Assembly: GCA_963782055.1 (NCBI GenBank) | Contig: CAWAIF010000003.1 | Coordinates: forward strand, 1,120,001-1,184,000 | Origin: an uncultured delta proteobacterium | GTDB taxonomy: Bacteria > Myxococcota_A > Polyangia > Polyangiales > Polyangiaceae | Reading direction: 5' to 3' | DNA: 64,000 nt | In this document: in pieces, positions 9,761-19,649 of the stretch | Layout of the letters: each line of letters opens with the position of its first letter | How positions within the stretch are numbered: position 1 is the first letter of the stretch | Notes under the pieces: generated by a model | The model's input: only the letters and a program-made list of their open reading frames with translations | What the model was told of the DNA's origin: nothing | The model's database searches: none | Made by a program: the position numbers and the translations under genes

Positions 9761-10207
9761 TCACGCGGGGCGCAGGGTGGTGCGGTCGAAGGCGCGCGGG
9801 TCCTCCTGGAGGAAAACCTCGAGGCGGTCTCTCTCCGGAGCGTCGAGCAGCGGGCCGAGCACCCCGTTCAGGCTGGCGAGGTCCCCGTGCACCGTGCGCT
9901 GCGGGTTGGCCGCCTCGCGGAGGATCTGCTCCACCTGCTTGCGGAGCGCCGTCTTCTCCGGGTCGATGAGCACGGCGTTGTGCGCGATCTTCGGGTTGTC
10001 GCGCCGCATGACCCACACGATGGTGTCGGCCATCGCCTTGTCGAAGCGCGAGACCTCGCGCCAGTCGCAACAGAAGATCAGCGGGTCTGTCGCCGCCGCA
10101 ACGAGGTTGCGGACGGCGAGGGTGAAGTCGGTGAGCTCGTCCTGCGTGAGCGGGTCGAGGTAGCGCACCTCGCAGAGCCGGCCGACCCTTCGTGTGACGG
10201 TCATCAT
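9761..10207 (-). CDS. Hypothetical protein (STAS/SEC14-like small alpha/beta, myxobacterial type)
   Basis: Typical codon bias; 'VGRLCEVR', 'FCCDWR' pattern; the family label is a guess. Confidence 0.6.
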   Translation of the reverse strand: MMTVTRRVGRLCEVRYLDPLTQDELTDFTLAVRNLVAAATDPLIFCCDWREVSRFDKAMADTIVWVMRRDNPKIAHNAVLIDPEKTALRKQVEQILREAANPQRTVHGDLASLNGVLGPLLDAPERDRLEVFLQEDPRAFDRTTLRPA

Positions 10208-10305
10208 TGCCCGCGAGCGTATCGCGTCGCGCGGCCGGATGGGGAGGGGTGGGTCGCCCGCCACCGTGCGTTGACCGTCCCCGAGGATCGTGCACCATCC
10301 CGTCC

Positions 10306-10947
10306 ATGAAGAAGATCGCGGTTCTCGGCTCGGGCACGGTCGGGCAGACGCTCGCCGACGGATTCCTCAAGCACGGTCACGAGGTCATGCGCGGCTCGCG
10401 CGACCCGAAGAAGCTCGCGGAGTGGAAGGAGAAGGCCGGCGGCAAGGGCACGGTCGGCACCTTCGCCGACGCGGCGAAATACGGCGAGGTCGTCGTGCTC
10501 GCGGTCAAGGGGACAGGCGCCGAGTCGGCGGTGGGCCTCTGCGGCGACGCGCTGGCGGGCAAGACGGTGATCGACACCACCAACCCCATCGCCGACGAGC
10601 CGCCGGAGAAGGGCGTCATCCGCTTCTTCACCGGCCCGAACGACTCGCTCATGGAGCGCCTGCAGAAGAAGGCGCCCACCGCGCACTTCGTGAAGGCGTT
10701 CTCCTCGGTGGGCAACGCGCTCATGGTCAACCCCGACCTGGGGTCACGGCCCTCCATGTTCATCTGCGGCGACGACGAGGCCGCGAAGAAGGAGGTCGCC
10801 GGCATCCTGGAGACCTTTGGCTGGGACACCGAGGACATGGGCGCCGCCGCGGCGGCCCGGGCGATCGAGCCGCTGTGCATGCTCTGGTGCATCCCGGGCT
10901 TCCTGCGCAACGACTGGATGCACGCCTACAAGGTGCTGCGGAAGTAG
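10306..10947 (+). CDS. NADPH-dependent F420 reductase / NADP oxidoreductase family
   Basis: Rossmann 'KIAVLGSGTVG', 'VIDTTNP', 'VKAFS', 'ICGDDEAAK'. Confidence 0.9.
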   Translation: MKKIAVLGSGTVGQTLADGFLKHGHEVMRGSRDPKKLAEWKEKAGGKGTVGTFADAAKYGEVVVLAVKGTGAESAVGLCGDALAGKTVIDTTNPIADEPPEKGVIRFFTGPNDSLMERLQKKAPTAHFVKAFSSVGNALMVNPDLGSRPSMFICGDDEAAKKEVAGILETFGWDTEDMGAAAAARAIEPLCMLWCIPGFLRNDWMHAYKVLRK

Positions 10948-10989
10948 CCGCCGCGGCCTCCCGGCGCCGGACATTGACACCCGGCGTCC

Positions 10990-11814
10990 ATGGCGAATGA
11001 TGACCTCCGGAGGCGTACGACGAGGAAGGTCATGACGGTGCGGCGGCAGCTCTTCTTCGTCCGGTGGTTACTGTGGCTGGCGTGCGTCGTCGCCATCTTC
11101 GTGGTGGCCAGGCGCACCCAGCCGCCCATCTCGTGGATCTTCGCCATCGCCCTCCTGGGCGGGATGCCGGTGGTCCGTCGCATCGCCACCAAGCTCGTCG
11201 CCCGCCGCGCCTTCGTGCGGCTCAAGCGCTTCGCGCAGGAGCGTCGCTACGCCGAGGCGCGCCGCCTCCTCGCCGATCTGCGGGGCGTCTACGCCCACTC
11301 GCCGCTGGCGCTCGAGCACATGCGCCTGCACGAGGGCTCCCTCCTCGCCCAGGAGGGTCGCTACGCCGAGGCGGCGCGCGTCTTCGAGGCGATCGACCGG
11401 CGGCGCGTGGGCCGGGGGCTTCCGCTGCTGCTCAACAACCTCGCCTGGTGCCTCGTCCGGACGGGGAAGGGCCCGCGGGCGCTGGTCCTCGCGCGCGAGT
11501 CGATCGCCGCGGGCGACGGCGGGCTCTCCGGCGGCGACCTCCAGGCGTGTCAGCTCGGCACGCTGGGTGCGGCGCTCGTCACCGACGGCAAGCCGGACGA
11601 GGCCATCGCCCCGCTGGAGCGGGCGCTCGCGTGCGGCGGCGTCCCGCGTCACCAGGCGGTGCGCGCCTTCTACCTCGGTGAGGCGCTGCACGCCGTCGGC
11701 CGCGAGGACGAGGCCGTCCTGGCGTGGCAGCGCGCCGCGAAGGCGTGCCCGGACGACGGCGTCGCCGTGGAGGCGAAGGACCGCCTCCGCCGCCACGCGC
11801 CCTACCGCAGCTGA
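10990..11814 (+). CDS. Membrane-anchored TPR protein
   Basis: Two N-terminal transmembrane segments followed by TPR-like helices ('LLNNLAWCL', 'TLGAALV', 'FYLGEAL'). Confidence 0.7.
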   Translation: MANDDLRRRTTRKVMTVRRQLFFVRWLLWLACVVAIFVVARRTQPPISWIFAIALLGGMPVVRRIATKLVARRAFVRLKRFAQERRYAEARRLLADLRGVYAHSPLALEHMRLHEGSLLAQEGRYAEAARVFEAIDRRRVGRGLPLLLNNLAWCLVRTGKGPRALVLARESIAAGDGGLSGGDLQACQLGTLGAALVTDGKPDEAIAPLERALACGGVPRHQAVRAFYLGEALHAVGREDEAVLAWQRAAKACPDDGVAVEAKDRLRRHAPYRS

Positions 11815-11868
11815 GCCGGCTCTTCGCGCTACCCATCCCCCGCGACCCGCCCTACGTTCCTCCGGCCC

Positions 11869-13104
11869 ATGCGCACCATCCACGCCGATCACGTCCTGCT
11901 CGGGGACGTCCTCACCCCGCTCCGCGACGGCGCCGTCGTCGTCGACGAGGAGGGGACGGTCGTCGCGGTGGGCGAGGCGCGCGAGGTCCTCGGCAGCCCC
12001 GCCTTCGCCATGCTCCCGGTCGAGCGCGTCCACGGCGTCGTCTTCCCGGGCCTGGTCAACGCACACACCCACCTGGAGCTCTCCGCCCTGCGCGGCCGCG
12101 TCCCCGGCGGCTACGGCTTCGTGCGCTGGGTGGACGCGCTGGTCGGCCTGCGGACCGAGGTGACGCAGGAGGAAGAGGCGGAGGGCATCGCGCGCGCCGT
12201 CGAGGAGCTGGACGCGCACGGGACCGCGGCCGTCGGTGAGGTGACAAACTCCCTGGGCGCGGTGCACGCCCTCGCCGATCGCGGCATCGGCGGCTGCATC
12301 TTCCACGAGGTGTTCGGCACCCAGCTCGAGAAGCTGCGCGCGCGCGTGGCCGGGCTGGAGGAGGAGCTGCGCGAGCGCGTGGGCGGCTGGCCCACGCCCG
12401 ACCTCGCCTACGCGCCGGCGCCGCACACCCTCTACACGCTGCACCTGGACGTGGTGCGCATGATCGTCGACGAGGTGCGGGCGCGCGGGCGCCGCACCAG
12501 CCTGCACGTCGCCGAGCACGCGGCGGAGCGGCGCGCGCTGGAGCACGGGGACGGTCCGGTGGTGGAGTGGCTCGCCGCGCGTACCCGCACCGACCCTGCG
12601 TCCTTCGCGTGGCCGCACGCCGGGCCGATCGAGGTGGCGGCCGCCGTGGGCGCGCTCGACCCGCACGTGCTCCTGGTCCACCTGACCGACGCGCGGCCGG
12701 ACGAGCTGGCGCGCGTCGCCGCCTCCGGCGCGCCGGTGGTGCTGTGTCCGCGCTCCAACCTCTACATCGAGGCCAAGCTCCCGCCGCTGCTCGCCATGCG
12801 GGAGGCGGGCATCGAGCCCGCCCTGGGCACCGACTCGCTCGCGTCGAGCCCTTCGCTCGACGTGCTGGCGGAGGCGCGCGCCCTCGCCGATCGCTTCCCG
12901 CGCGTGCCCGCGGCGGAGCTGGTGCGCATGGCGACGCATGGCGGCGCGCGCGCGCTCGGGCGCGAGGACCTCGGCGCCATCACGCAGGGCGCGCGGCCCG
13001 GCGTCGTCGCGGTGGAGGGCAAGGTGGAGGGCAATCCCGCCGCCTGGCTGCTGCGCAACGTCAAGGCGCCGCGTCGCTGGGTCGCGCGCCGGGTGGAGCC
13101 GTGA
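11869..13104 (+). CDS. Amidohydrolase, probably aminodeoxyfutalosine deaminase-like
   Basis: 'PGLVNAHTHLELS', 'HVAEH', 'LCPRSN', 'LGTDSLAS'; 4-bp overlap with the UbiA/MqnP gene. Confidence 0.8.
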   Translation: MRTIHADHVLLGDVLTPLRDGAVVVDEEGTVVAVGEAREVLGSPAFAMLPVERVHGVVFPGLVNAHTHLELSALRGRVPGGYGFVRWVDALVGLRTEVTQEEEAEGIARAVEELDAHGTAAVGEVTNSLGAVHALADRGIGGCIFHEVFGTQLEKLRARVAGLEEELRERVGGWPTPDLAYAPAPHTLYTLHLDVVRMIVDEVRARGRRTSLHVAEHAAERRALEHGDGPVVEWLAARTRTDPASFAWPHAGPIEVAAAVGALDPHVLLVHLTDARPDELARVAASGAPVVLCPRSNLYIEAKLPPLLAMREAGIEPALGTDSLASSPSLDVLAEARALADRFPRVPAAELVRMATHGGARALGREDLGAITQGARPGVVAVEGKVEGNPAAWLLRNVKAPRRWVARRVEP

Positions 13105-14003
13105 GCGCCGGCGCCAGCCCCCGCACCCTGACCGAGCGCCTCCGCACCTACGGAGACCTCGTCGCCTTCTCGCACACCATCTTCGCCATGCCCTTCGCGG
13201 CGACGGCGCTGGTGCTGACGAGGGCGGTGCCCCACACGCCCTTCACGCCGTGGCGCATCGCGGCGATGGTGGTGTGCATGGTGGCCGCGCGCACCGCGGC
13301 GATGGCGTTCAATCGCTGGGCGGACCGCGACGTGGACGCGAAGAACCCGCGGACGAAGGGGCGTCACGTCCCCTCCGGCGCGGTGAAGCCGGGCGAGGCG
13401 CTCGCCCTCACCGCGCTGGCCGCCGTCGTCTTCCTGGCGGCCGCGGCGACGCTGGGCTTCTGGCCGGCGGTGCTCGCACCGGCGGTGCTCGCGGTGCTGC
13501 TCGGCTACTCGCTGGCCAAGCGCTTCACCTGGGCCGCGCACGCGTGGCTCGGCGTGGCGCTGGCGCTCGCCCCGGGCGGCGCGTGGGTCGCCGCGGGGGC
13601 GACGCCCGGCTGGGGCATCGGCGCGCTCATGCTCGGCGTGGTGACGTGGCTGCTCGGCTTCGACGTCCTCTACTCCCTCCAGGACGAGCACTTCGACCGC
13701 GCGGAGGGCCTGCACTCCATCCCGGCGCGCTTCGGCACGAGCGGGGCGCTCGTCATCAGCGGCGCCGCCCACGTGGTCACCGTGGCCTCCTTCGCGGCGA
13801 GCGGCCTGCTGCTCCACCGCGGCCTCTTCTTCTTCGTCGCGGTGGGCGCCTCCGGCGCCCTGCTCGTCTACGAGCACGCGCTCGTCGGCAGGGGCAACCT
13901 CGCCAAGATCGGCAAGGCCTTCTTCGACGTGAACGCGTACGTCAGCGTGGCCTTCTTCGCCTTCGCCGTGCTGGACGAGCTGCGCCGCTCGGGCGTGGTG
14001 TGA
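13101..14003 (+). CDS. UbiA-family polyprenyltransferase (MqnP-like)
   Basis: 'FSHTIFAMPFA', 'ARTAAMAFNRWADRDVDAKNPRT', 'GFDVLYSLQD', 'AFFDVN'. Confidence 0.9.
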   Translation: MSAGASPRTLTERLRTYGDLVAFSHTIFAMPFAATALVLTRAVPHTPFTPWRIAAMVVCMVAARTAAMAFNRWADRDVDAKNPRTKGRHVPSGAVKPGEALALTALAAVVFLAAAATLGFWPAVLAPAVLAVLLGYSLAKRFTWAAHAWLGVALALAPGGAWVAAGATPGWGIGALMLGVVTWLLGFDVLYSLQDEHFDRAEGLHSIPARFGTSGALVISGAAHVVTVASFAASGLLLHRGLFFFVAVGASGALLVYEHALVGRGNLAKIGKAFFDVNAYVSVAFFAFAVLDELRRSGVV

Positions 14004-14303
14004 CCCTCACTCCGCGATGACCACCACCAGGAGGGCGTTGGGGGCGCCGCCGTGCGGACCCTGCGCGACGCCGATGCCCACGGTCTCGACGTCCTAGACG
14101 ACGTCCAGCGTGGCGATCGCGGCGAGGGACCCCAGGCTCGCCATCTGCCACTTCGACGCCCTCGGCCGGCGGAGCGCGGTCATCCTCGGGTCGATGACGG
14201 CGAGCACCGCCGACTGCGCCGCGTCCCCGGTCGCCTCGCCGCCCGCGCCACGACCCGGGCGGCGCGCCCTGCTACACTTGTCCTTCACGAAGGGAGACAC
14301 GCC

Positions 14304-15302
14304 ATGGCGAAGAGGAAGGCTCGGGCAGTAGGAGTCCACCGCGACACGGCGACGATGTCGCTCCGCCACGTGCTCCTCGGCGGCGGCGTCTTCGACAACA
14401 CCGGCGAGCACCCGAACGGGAAGGGGTGGGACATCTTCGAGCTGGGGCAGCGATCCTTCTGGGCGGTGCCCACCGCGATCGACTGGACCGAGCCGGTGCG
14501 CGAGGACCCGGAGTACGCCGAGTCCATCGCGGCGATGCTCACCTTCCTCGCCCCCGGCGAGAAGGCGGCGGTCACCGGCGCGTCGATGATCTCCCTGGCG
14601 GTGCAGAGCGAGGAGGCCAAGTTCTACTTCGCCGAGCAGGCGCTGGAGGAGGCCAAGCACTTCGACGCGCTCCGGCGCCTCGTCGCCAAGATCACGGGCA
14701 AGCCGCTGCCCGAGCCCAGCCCGTGGGTGCGCCTGCTCTACTCCTTCGGCGTCATCGATCCGGGCGACGTCGCCTTCATGATGGGGAGCATCAACATCAT
14801 CGGCGAGCACCTGGCGCACCAGATCTTCCACCAGATCAACCACGCCGCGAAGGACGAGACCACGCGCAAGGTCATCGCACTCATCGGCAAGGACGAGTCG
14901 CGCCACATCGCCGCGGGGCAGCGCTTCTTCCCGGAGGTCTACGACCAGTTCCGCAAGAACCGGCGATCCATCATGGCGAAGAACCTGGCCACCACCATCG
15001 TGCTGCTGATGGCCGGCTACGACATGGTCAACCCCATGCGCAAGCTGGGCATCGACCTGAGCAAGATCCTCGACTCCATGTACCAGCACTACGACGAGGT
15101 GACGTCGGGCCTGCCGGCGTTCCCGGAGCAGGCGATGCTCGACGCGCTCCTCGCCATCGTGCGACGCGGGACGCCGCGCGCCATCTCGGTGGTGCACAAG
15201 GTGACCGGCGACGACGGTCAGCTCGACGGCCGGCGGCTGGTCGCGCTTTGCGAGACCGCGCTCCGCTCCCCGCGCGCGCTGCGCGACCTGTTCGCGGCCT
15301 GA
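14304..15302 (+). CDS. Ferritin-like diiron-carboxylate protein
   Basis: E...ExxH / E...ExxH ligand pattern: 'GEKAA', 'EEAKH', 'GEHLA', 'DESRH'; GGGAG RBS. Confidence 0.82.
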   Translation: MAKRKARAVGVHRDTATMSLRHVLLGGGVFDNTGEHPNGKGWDIFELGQRSFWAVPTAIDWTEPVREDPEYAESIAAMLTFLAPGEKAAVTGASMISLAVQSEEAKFYFAEQALEEAKHFDALRRLVAKITGKPLPEPSPWVRLLYSFGVIDPGDVAFMMGSINIIGEHLAHQIFHQINHAAKDETTRKVIALIGKDESRHIAAGQRFFPEVYDQFRKNRRSIMAKNLATTIVLLMAGYDMVNPMRKLGIDLSKILDSMYQHYDEVTSGLPAFPEQAMLDALLAIVRRGTPRAISVVHKVTGDDGQLDGRRLVALCETALRSPRALRDLFAA

Positions 15303-15303
15303 C

Positions 15304-16875
15304 ATGTCGCTCCGCGCCGTCGTCGTGGGGTCCGGCATCGGCGGCTCGGCCGCGGCGATGCTCCTCGCCCACGCCAGCGTGCCGACGACGCTCGTCGAGA
15401 AGAACCGGCGCGTGGGCGGCTCGTGCTCCGGCTACGACAAGCAGGGCTTCCACATCGACATCGGCACCCACATGTTCTGCCGCGGGCCGCGCGGGCCGCT
15501 CGGGGAGGTGCTGCGGCGGGTGGGGGAGGACGGCGCGATCGACTTTCGCCGCACCCGCGACATCGCCGAGCTGCGCTTCGCCCGCCGCCACCCGAGCGGC
15601 GAGGGGGACGAGCGCTCCAGCGTGGCGGTCCCTGCCGAGCTGCACCGCGTCCCCGCCTTTGCCTGGCGGCTGGCGCGCGCCCTCAGCCTCTCGCCGCTGG
15701 AGGCGCTGCGCGTCGGCCGGCTGTTCGCGCGCATCCTGACGATGAGCGACGAGGAGGTCTTCGCCTGGGACGGGCGGACGCTGGACGAGTTCGTTGCAAA
15801 GTACACCAATCACGGGCCGACGCTGGGCGTCTTCGGCTTCCTGCTGGGCCTGTACTTCATCCTGCCGTACTGGGAGGTCTCCGCCGGGGAGGCGCTGCAC
15901 TGCTTCCGCAAGATGGCGATGGACAACCACCTGTCTTACCCGCGCGGCGGAGCCATCGCGATCCCCGAGACGTACGTGCGGATCGCGCAGCGCCTCGGCG
16001 CAGAGCTGCGGACGGGCGCGGGCGTGCGTCGCATCGTGGTGAAGGATGCGCGCGTCGTCGGGGTGGAGCTGTCCGACGGGACCATGATCCCGGCCAACGT
16101 GGTCATCAGCACCTCCAGCCTGCGCACGACGGTGCTGCGCCTGGTGGGGCCGGAGCACTTCCCCGAGGCGTACGTGGAGCGCGCGCGCGCCGTGCGCGGG
16201 AGCTTCATCGCCGTGCAGGCGAAGATCGCGCTGCGCAAGAAGCTGGTGCACGCGGGCGCCATCTGCGGCGGTGTGGGGGACGAGGTGGACCTGGCGCACG
16301 TGACGCACGCGGACATGCGGCGCATGTTCGAGTCGGTGAAGGAGGGGAGGGTGCCGCCCGTCGTGCCCTTCTACTGCCCGGTCCCCACCAACTTCGACCC
16401 TTCGCTCGCGCCGCCGGGGCACCAGCTCCTCACGGTGTGCGCGGTGGCGCCGACGACCGACGTCGCGCTCACCGACCCGGGACCGGCGTGGGAGGAGGCG
16501 ATGATGCGCGCCATCCGCCGCGTGGTGCCCGGGCTGGACGACCACGTGGTCTTCGTCGACCGCTTCTCGGTGGACTTCATCGAGTCATGGATCGGCAAGG
16601 AGTTCGGGCCGGCGGTGTCGACGGCGCAGACGCCCGACCAGGTGGGCAAGCGGCGGCCGGCGGTGCACACGCCGGTGCGGGGGCTGTACCTGGCGGGGTG
16701 CAACGCGGGGGCGCGCGGGGTGGGGACGGAGCTGGCGGCGGCGAGCGCGATGGAGTGCGTGGACCGGGTCCTGGCGGACGCGGGCGCGGAGCTCGTCGGT
16801 CGGCCCGCGCAGCCCAGCTTCACCCGCGCGGCGCTCCGGGCGGCGGCGAGACCGGTGGGGTGGGCGATCCGGTAG
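15304..16875 (+). CDS. Phytoene desaturase (CrtI)-superfamily FAD oxidoreductase
   Basis: 'VVVGSGIGG', 'EKNRRVGG', 'GFHIDIGTH', 'YPRGG', 'TPVRGLYLAG'. Confidence 0.88.
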   Translation: MSLRAVVVGSGIGGSAAAMLLAHASVPTTLVEKNRRVGGSCSGYDKQGFHIDIGTHMFCRGPRGPLGEVLRRVGEDGAIDFRRTRDIAELRFARRHPSGEGDERSSVAVPAELHRVPAFAWRLARALSLSPLEALRVGRLFARILTMSDEEVFAWDGRTLDEFVAKYTNHGPTLGVFGFLLGLYFILPYWEVSAGEALHCFRKMAMDNHLSYPRGGAIAIPETYVRIAQRLGAELRTGAGVRRIVVKDARVVGVELSDGTMIPANVVISTSSLRTTVLRLVGPEHFPEAYVERARAVRGSFIAVQAKIALRKKLVHAGAICGGVGDEVDLAHVTHADMRRMFESVKEGRVPPVVPFYCPVPTNFDPSLAPPGHQLLTVCAVAPTTDVALTDPGPAWEEAMMRAIRRVVPGLDDHVVFVDRFSVDFIESWIGKEFGPAVSTAQTPDQVGKRRPAVHTPVRGLYLAGCNAGARGVGTELAAASAMECVDRVLADAGAELVGRPAQPSFTRAALRAAARPVGWAIR

Positions 16876-16962
16876 CAGAGAGCTCGCGCGCGCCCGACGG
16901 CGCTCCGCCGCGCGTTCGAGCGCGGCCGCAGCCTGGTCGACGGTGGGCTACAGTGCTCCGCG

Positions 16963-19062
16963 ATGGCGCTGCTGGAAGGGCTCGACGCAATCGACTGGGC
17001 CGCGCTCGAGGACGCGTACGGTCCGTCCGTGGACACCCCGCGGCACCTGCGCGCGGTGCGGGAGGGTGGCGAGGCGGCTGCGGACGCGCTCTGGGCGCTG
17101 GAGGCGGCGGTCTTCCATCAGGGCGGCTACTACGCCGCGGCGGCGCCCGCCGCGCGCTTCCTGGTGGAGCTCGCCACCTCGACCTCGGTCCCGGTCCGGG
17201 GGCCCATCCTCACGCTCCTCGCCGAGATGAGCGCGGGTCACGCCGACGACCTCGTGCAGGGGCATGACCCCTTCGCCTTCGAGAGCGCGCCGGGGTTGCC
17301 GGACTATCCGGAGGCGCAGCGCACGATCCAGGAGATCACCCGCGCGAGCGCCCGATACCTCCCGCTCCTCGCCGACGCGGACCCGTTCGTCCGCGCGGGG
17401 GCCGCTTACCTGATCGGCGGTCTCGCGCTCGACGACCCGACGGAGGTGACGCCCGCGCTCGTCGCCGCGCTCGCGCGGGAGGAGGAGCCTGCCGTCGCCG
17501 CGAGCATGACGCTCGCGTGGGCGCGGCAGCGAGGCAGCGGCGAGCCGGCGCGGCCGCCGGACACGAACGCGACGGGCGCGATCGTGGACGCGGCGGTCGC
17601 CGTCGCCGCCGCATGGCGCGGGCACCCCGACCTGGACGCGCTGGAGGCCGCGGCGCTCGCGGCGCCGGACGAGGAGGCGCCGTTCCCGTGGGCGCAGGGA
17701 TCGGTCGCCGCGCTCGCGGTCACGGCGCTTGGGCGCGCGCCGGGCAGCGGGGCGGCGCTCGGCCGCGTCCTGCAGGGGTGGCTGCGCCGCGGCGGCCCGC
17801 TCGAGCCCTTTCACTGGTCCGACTGGAGCGACGAGCCGCCTTCGCTCGCGGGCTCGCCGCGCGAGCGGCTGGTGCGCTCCGCGATGGCCTTCCTCGCCCG
17901 CGATCTCTTCTCCCGGTTCGGGCCGGAGCGCGAGAGCGCTCCCATCACCGTCGACGAGCTGGACGAGGCGCAGCGCGCCGCCGTCCGGCTCACGGCGGAC
18001 CACGGCCTGAACGTGCCGGTGCCGGGCCTGCCCTGGGTCGACCGGGCCAGCGCCGCCAGGTTCCTGCGGGGAGGCGGGGCTCTCGACCGGGTCGTCGACG
18101 GCGTGCCGCTGTGGAAGCGCTTCCACCGCGTGACCTCCGGCGCGGCGTCGGACGACGAGCGCGCGGCGCTGCACACCGCGCTCGCTTCCCTGGAGCCGCA
18201 TGCGCTCCTGGACGTGTGCGCGGACGCTGCGTCGGGCGCCTACCCCCACCCGCGCGGGGGCGGTACTTGCATGACCCGCGCGACATGGCAGGAGGTGCTC
18301 GCCTCGCTGGCGCCCCACTGGTCCGAGCTGGAGGCGCCGCTCGCGTCGTACCTCGCGTCGCTGCTGGCGCGCGGCGCGCCCCGTCACCAGGAGGCGCGGC
18401 TGGCGCTGGCGGGGTACTTCGCGGCGCACGCGCCGACGCCGCCGGAGCTGGACCCGCTGCTCCTGGTCGGTCTGCCAGAGGACGAGGTGGCGGCGCGCGC
18501 GGTCGTCGAGGCGCTCCCCCGGGCGCGTCGCTCGGTGCTCGTCGGACGGATGGTCGCGCCGCGCCGCAAGACGTACTACGCGCTGTGCAATCTCGACGTG
18601 GTCGCGCGCGAGACGGTGGACGCCTTCCTGGCGCCCACGTGGGCGCCGTCTCGCGTGATGACGGAGGACTGGCTCCTCGGGCTGGGCGAGGCGGCCGTGG
18701 CGCCGCTCCGCGCGCGGCTGGAGGGCGCGCCGCCGAAGAAGCGGGCCCTGATGGATCGGGTGCTCGTCGAGCTCACCGGCGCCCTCCTCGACCTCACGCT
18801 GACGGTGGCTGTTCGTGACGACGGCCTTCACGCCTCGCTCGCCCCCCGCGACGGCGGTCGGGCGCTCGGCGAGGTCGACTGGCCCGCGGTCCCGGAGCCG
18901 GAGGACGTCGCGCGGCTCACCGGCGAACTCGAGGCGCCCGACCGGACCCGCGTGCGCGTCGTGTGCGAGGAGCGGACCCTCGGCTATCGCCTGCAGCGCC
19001 TGCTCGCCGACGAGGGCGTGCGAGAGGTCGCGCTGGGCGGCTCCACGCTCAAGCGGTACTGA
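16963..19062 (+). CDS. Hypothetical HEAT-repeat protein
   Basis: N-terminal 'IDWAALEDAYG...VFHQG', HEAT-like 'LLADADPFVRAGAAYLIG'. Confidence 0.7.
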   Translation: MALLEGLDAIDWAALEDAYGPSVDTPRHLRAVREGGEAAADALWALEAAVFHQGGYYAAAAPAARFLVELATSTSVPVRGPILTLLAEMSAGHADDLVQGHDPFAFESAPGLPDYPEAQRTIQEITRASARYLPLLADADPFVRAGAAYLIGGLALDDPTEVTPALVAALAREEEPAVAASMTLAWARQRGSGEPARPPDTNATGAIVDAAVAVAAAWRGHPDLDALEAAALAAPDEEAPFPWAQGSVAALAVTALGRAPGSGAALGRVLQGWLRRGGPLEPFHWSDWSDEPPSLAGSPRERLVRSAMAFLARDLFSRFGPERESAPITVDELDEAQRAAVRLTADHGLNVPVPGLPWVDRASAARFLRGGGALDRVVDGVPLWKRFHRVTSGAASDDERAALHTALASLEPHALLDVCADAASGAYPHPRGGGTCMTRATWQEVLASLAPHWSELEAPLASYLASLLARGAPRHQEARLALAGYFAAHAPTPPELDPLLLVGLPEDEVAARAVVEALPRARRSVLVGRMVAPRRKTYYALCNLDVVARETVDAFLAPTWAPSRVMTEDWLLGLGEAAVAPLRARLEGAPPKKRALMDRVLVELTGALLDLTLTVAVRDDGLHASLAPRDGGRALGEVDWPAVPEPEDVARLTGELEAPDRTRVRVVCEERTLGYRLQRLLADEGVREVALGGSTLKRY

Positions 19063-19122
19063 GTTCGGGACCGTGTCGCGGCTCGGCGACGCGCGCGCTG
19101 CCCCGAATCACCAACGTGGGCG

Positions 19123-19560
19123 TCAGCCTTCCAGCTCTTTCAGGATCGCCTTCATGCCCTCTTCGATCTTGCGCGACTGCGTCGCGCGGATCTCCGCGCG
19201 CAAGCTCTCGCCGTCGATCGCGTACTTCGCGATGATGCGATCGACGAAGCTCTTCTCCGCTGCGTTGTACGAACCGTCGACGAAGAGCGCGTGGGCGATC
19301 CATACGTGCGTGACCCGGCGGTGCACCGGATCCTTCTCCAGCAGGGCGACCGACGCCTCGAGATCGAGCGCGCGCACCCGCTCCGCGTCGGCGCCGATGC
19401 GCCCGAGAAATGCGTCGAAGTCGCTGCGCTCGAGCGGCGTGAGCTGCCCGTCGGCGTTGTAAACCTCCCAGAGCACGCGCCCGAGGGCCTGGCGCGTGTC
19501 GCTGCTCCACAACCGGACGAGGCGTTCTTCGAGCGGCTGGGCTTGGGCTAGCAAGGTCAT
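19123..19560 (-). CDS. TerB-like (tellurite-resistance fold) protein
   Basis: Two 'ADG...E' / 'VDG...EK' half-motifs ('NADGQLTPLE', 'FVDGSYNAAEK'). Confidence 0.65.
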   Translation of the reverse strand: MTLLAQAQPLEERLVRLWSSDTRQALGRVLWEVYNADGQLTPLERSDFDAFLGRIGADAERVRALDLEASVALLEKDPVHRRVTHVWIAHALFVDGSYNAAEKSFVDRIIAKYAIDGESLRAEIRATQSRKIEEGMKAILKELEG

Positions 19561-19649
19561 GCGCCCACCGTACCACGAGGGTTGGCGGCGGCTCGTCGAT
19601 CGGCATGCTCCGGCGCACCATTCCACCCGGGTCTCGCCGCCGTGCTCGC

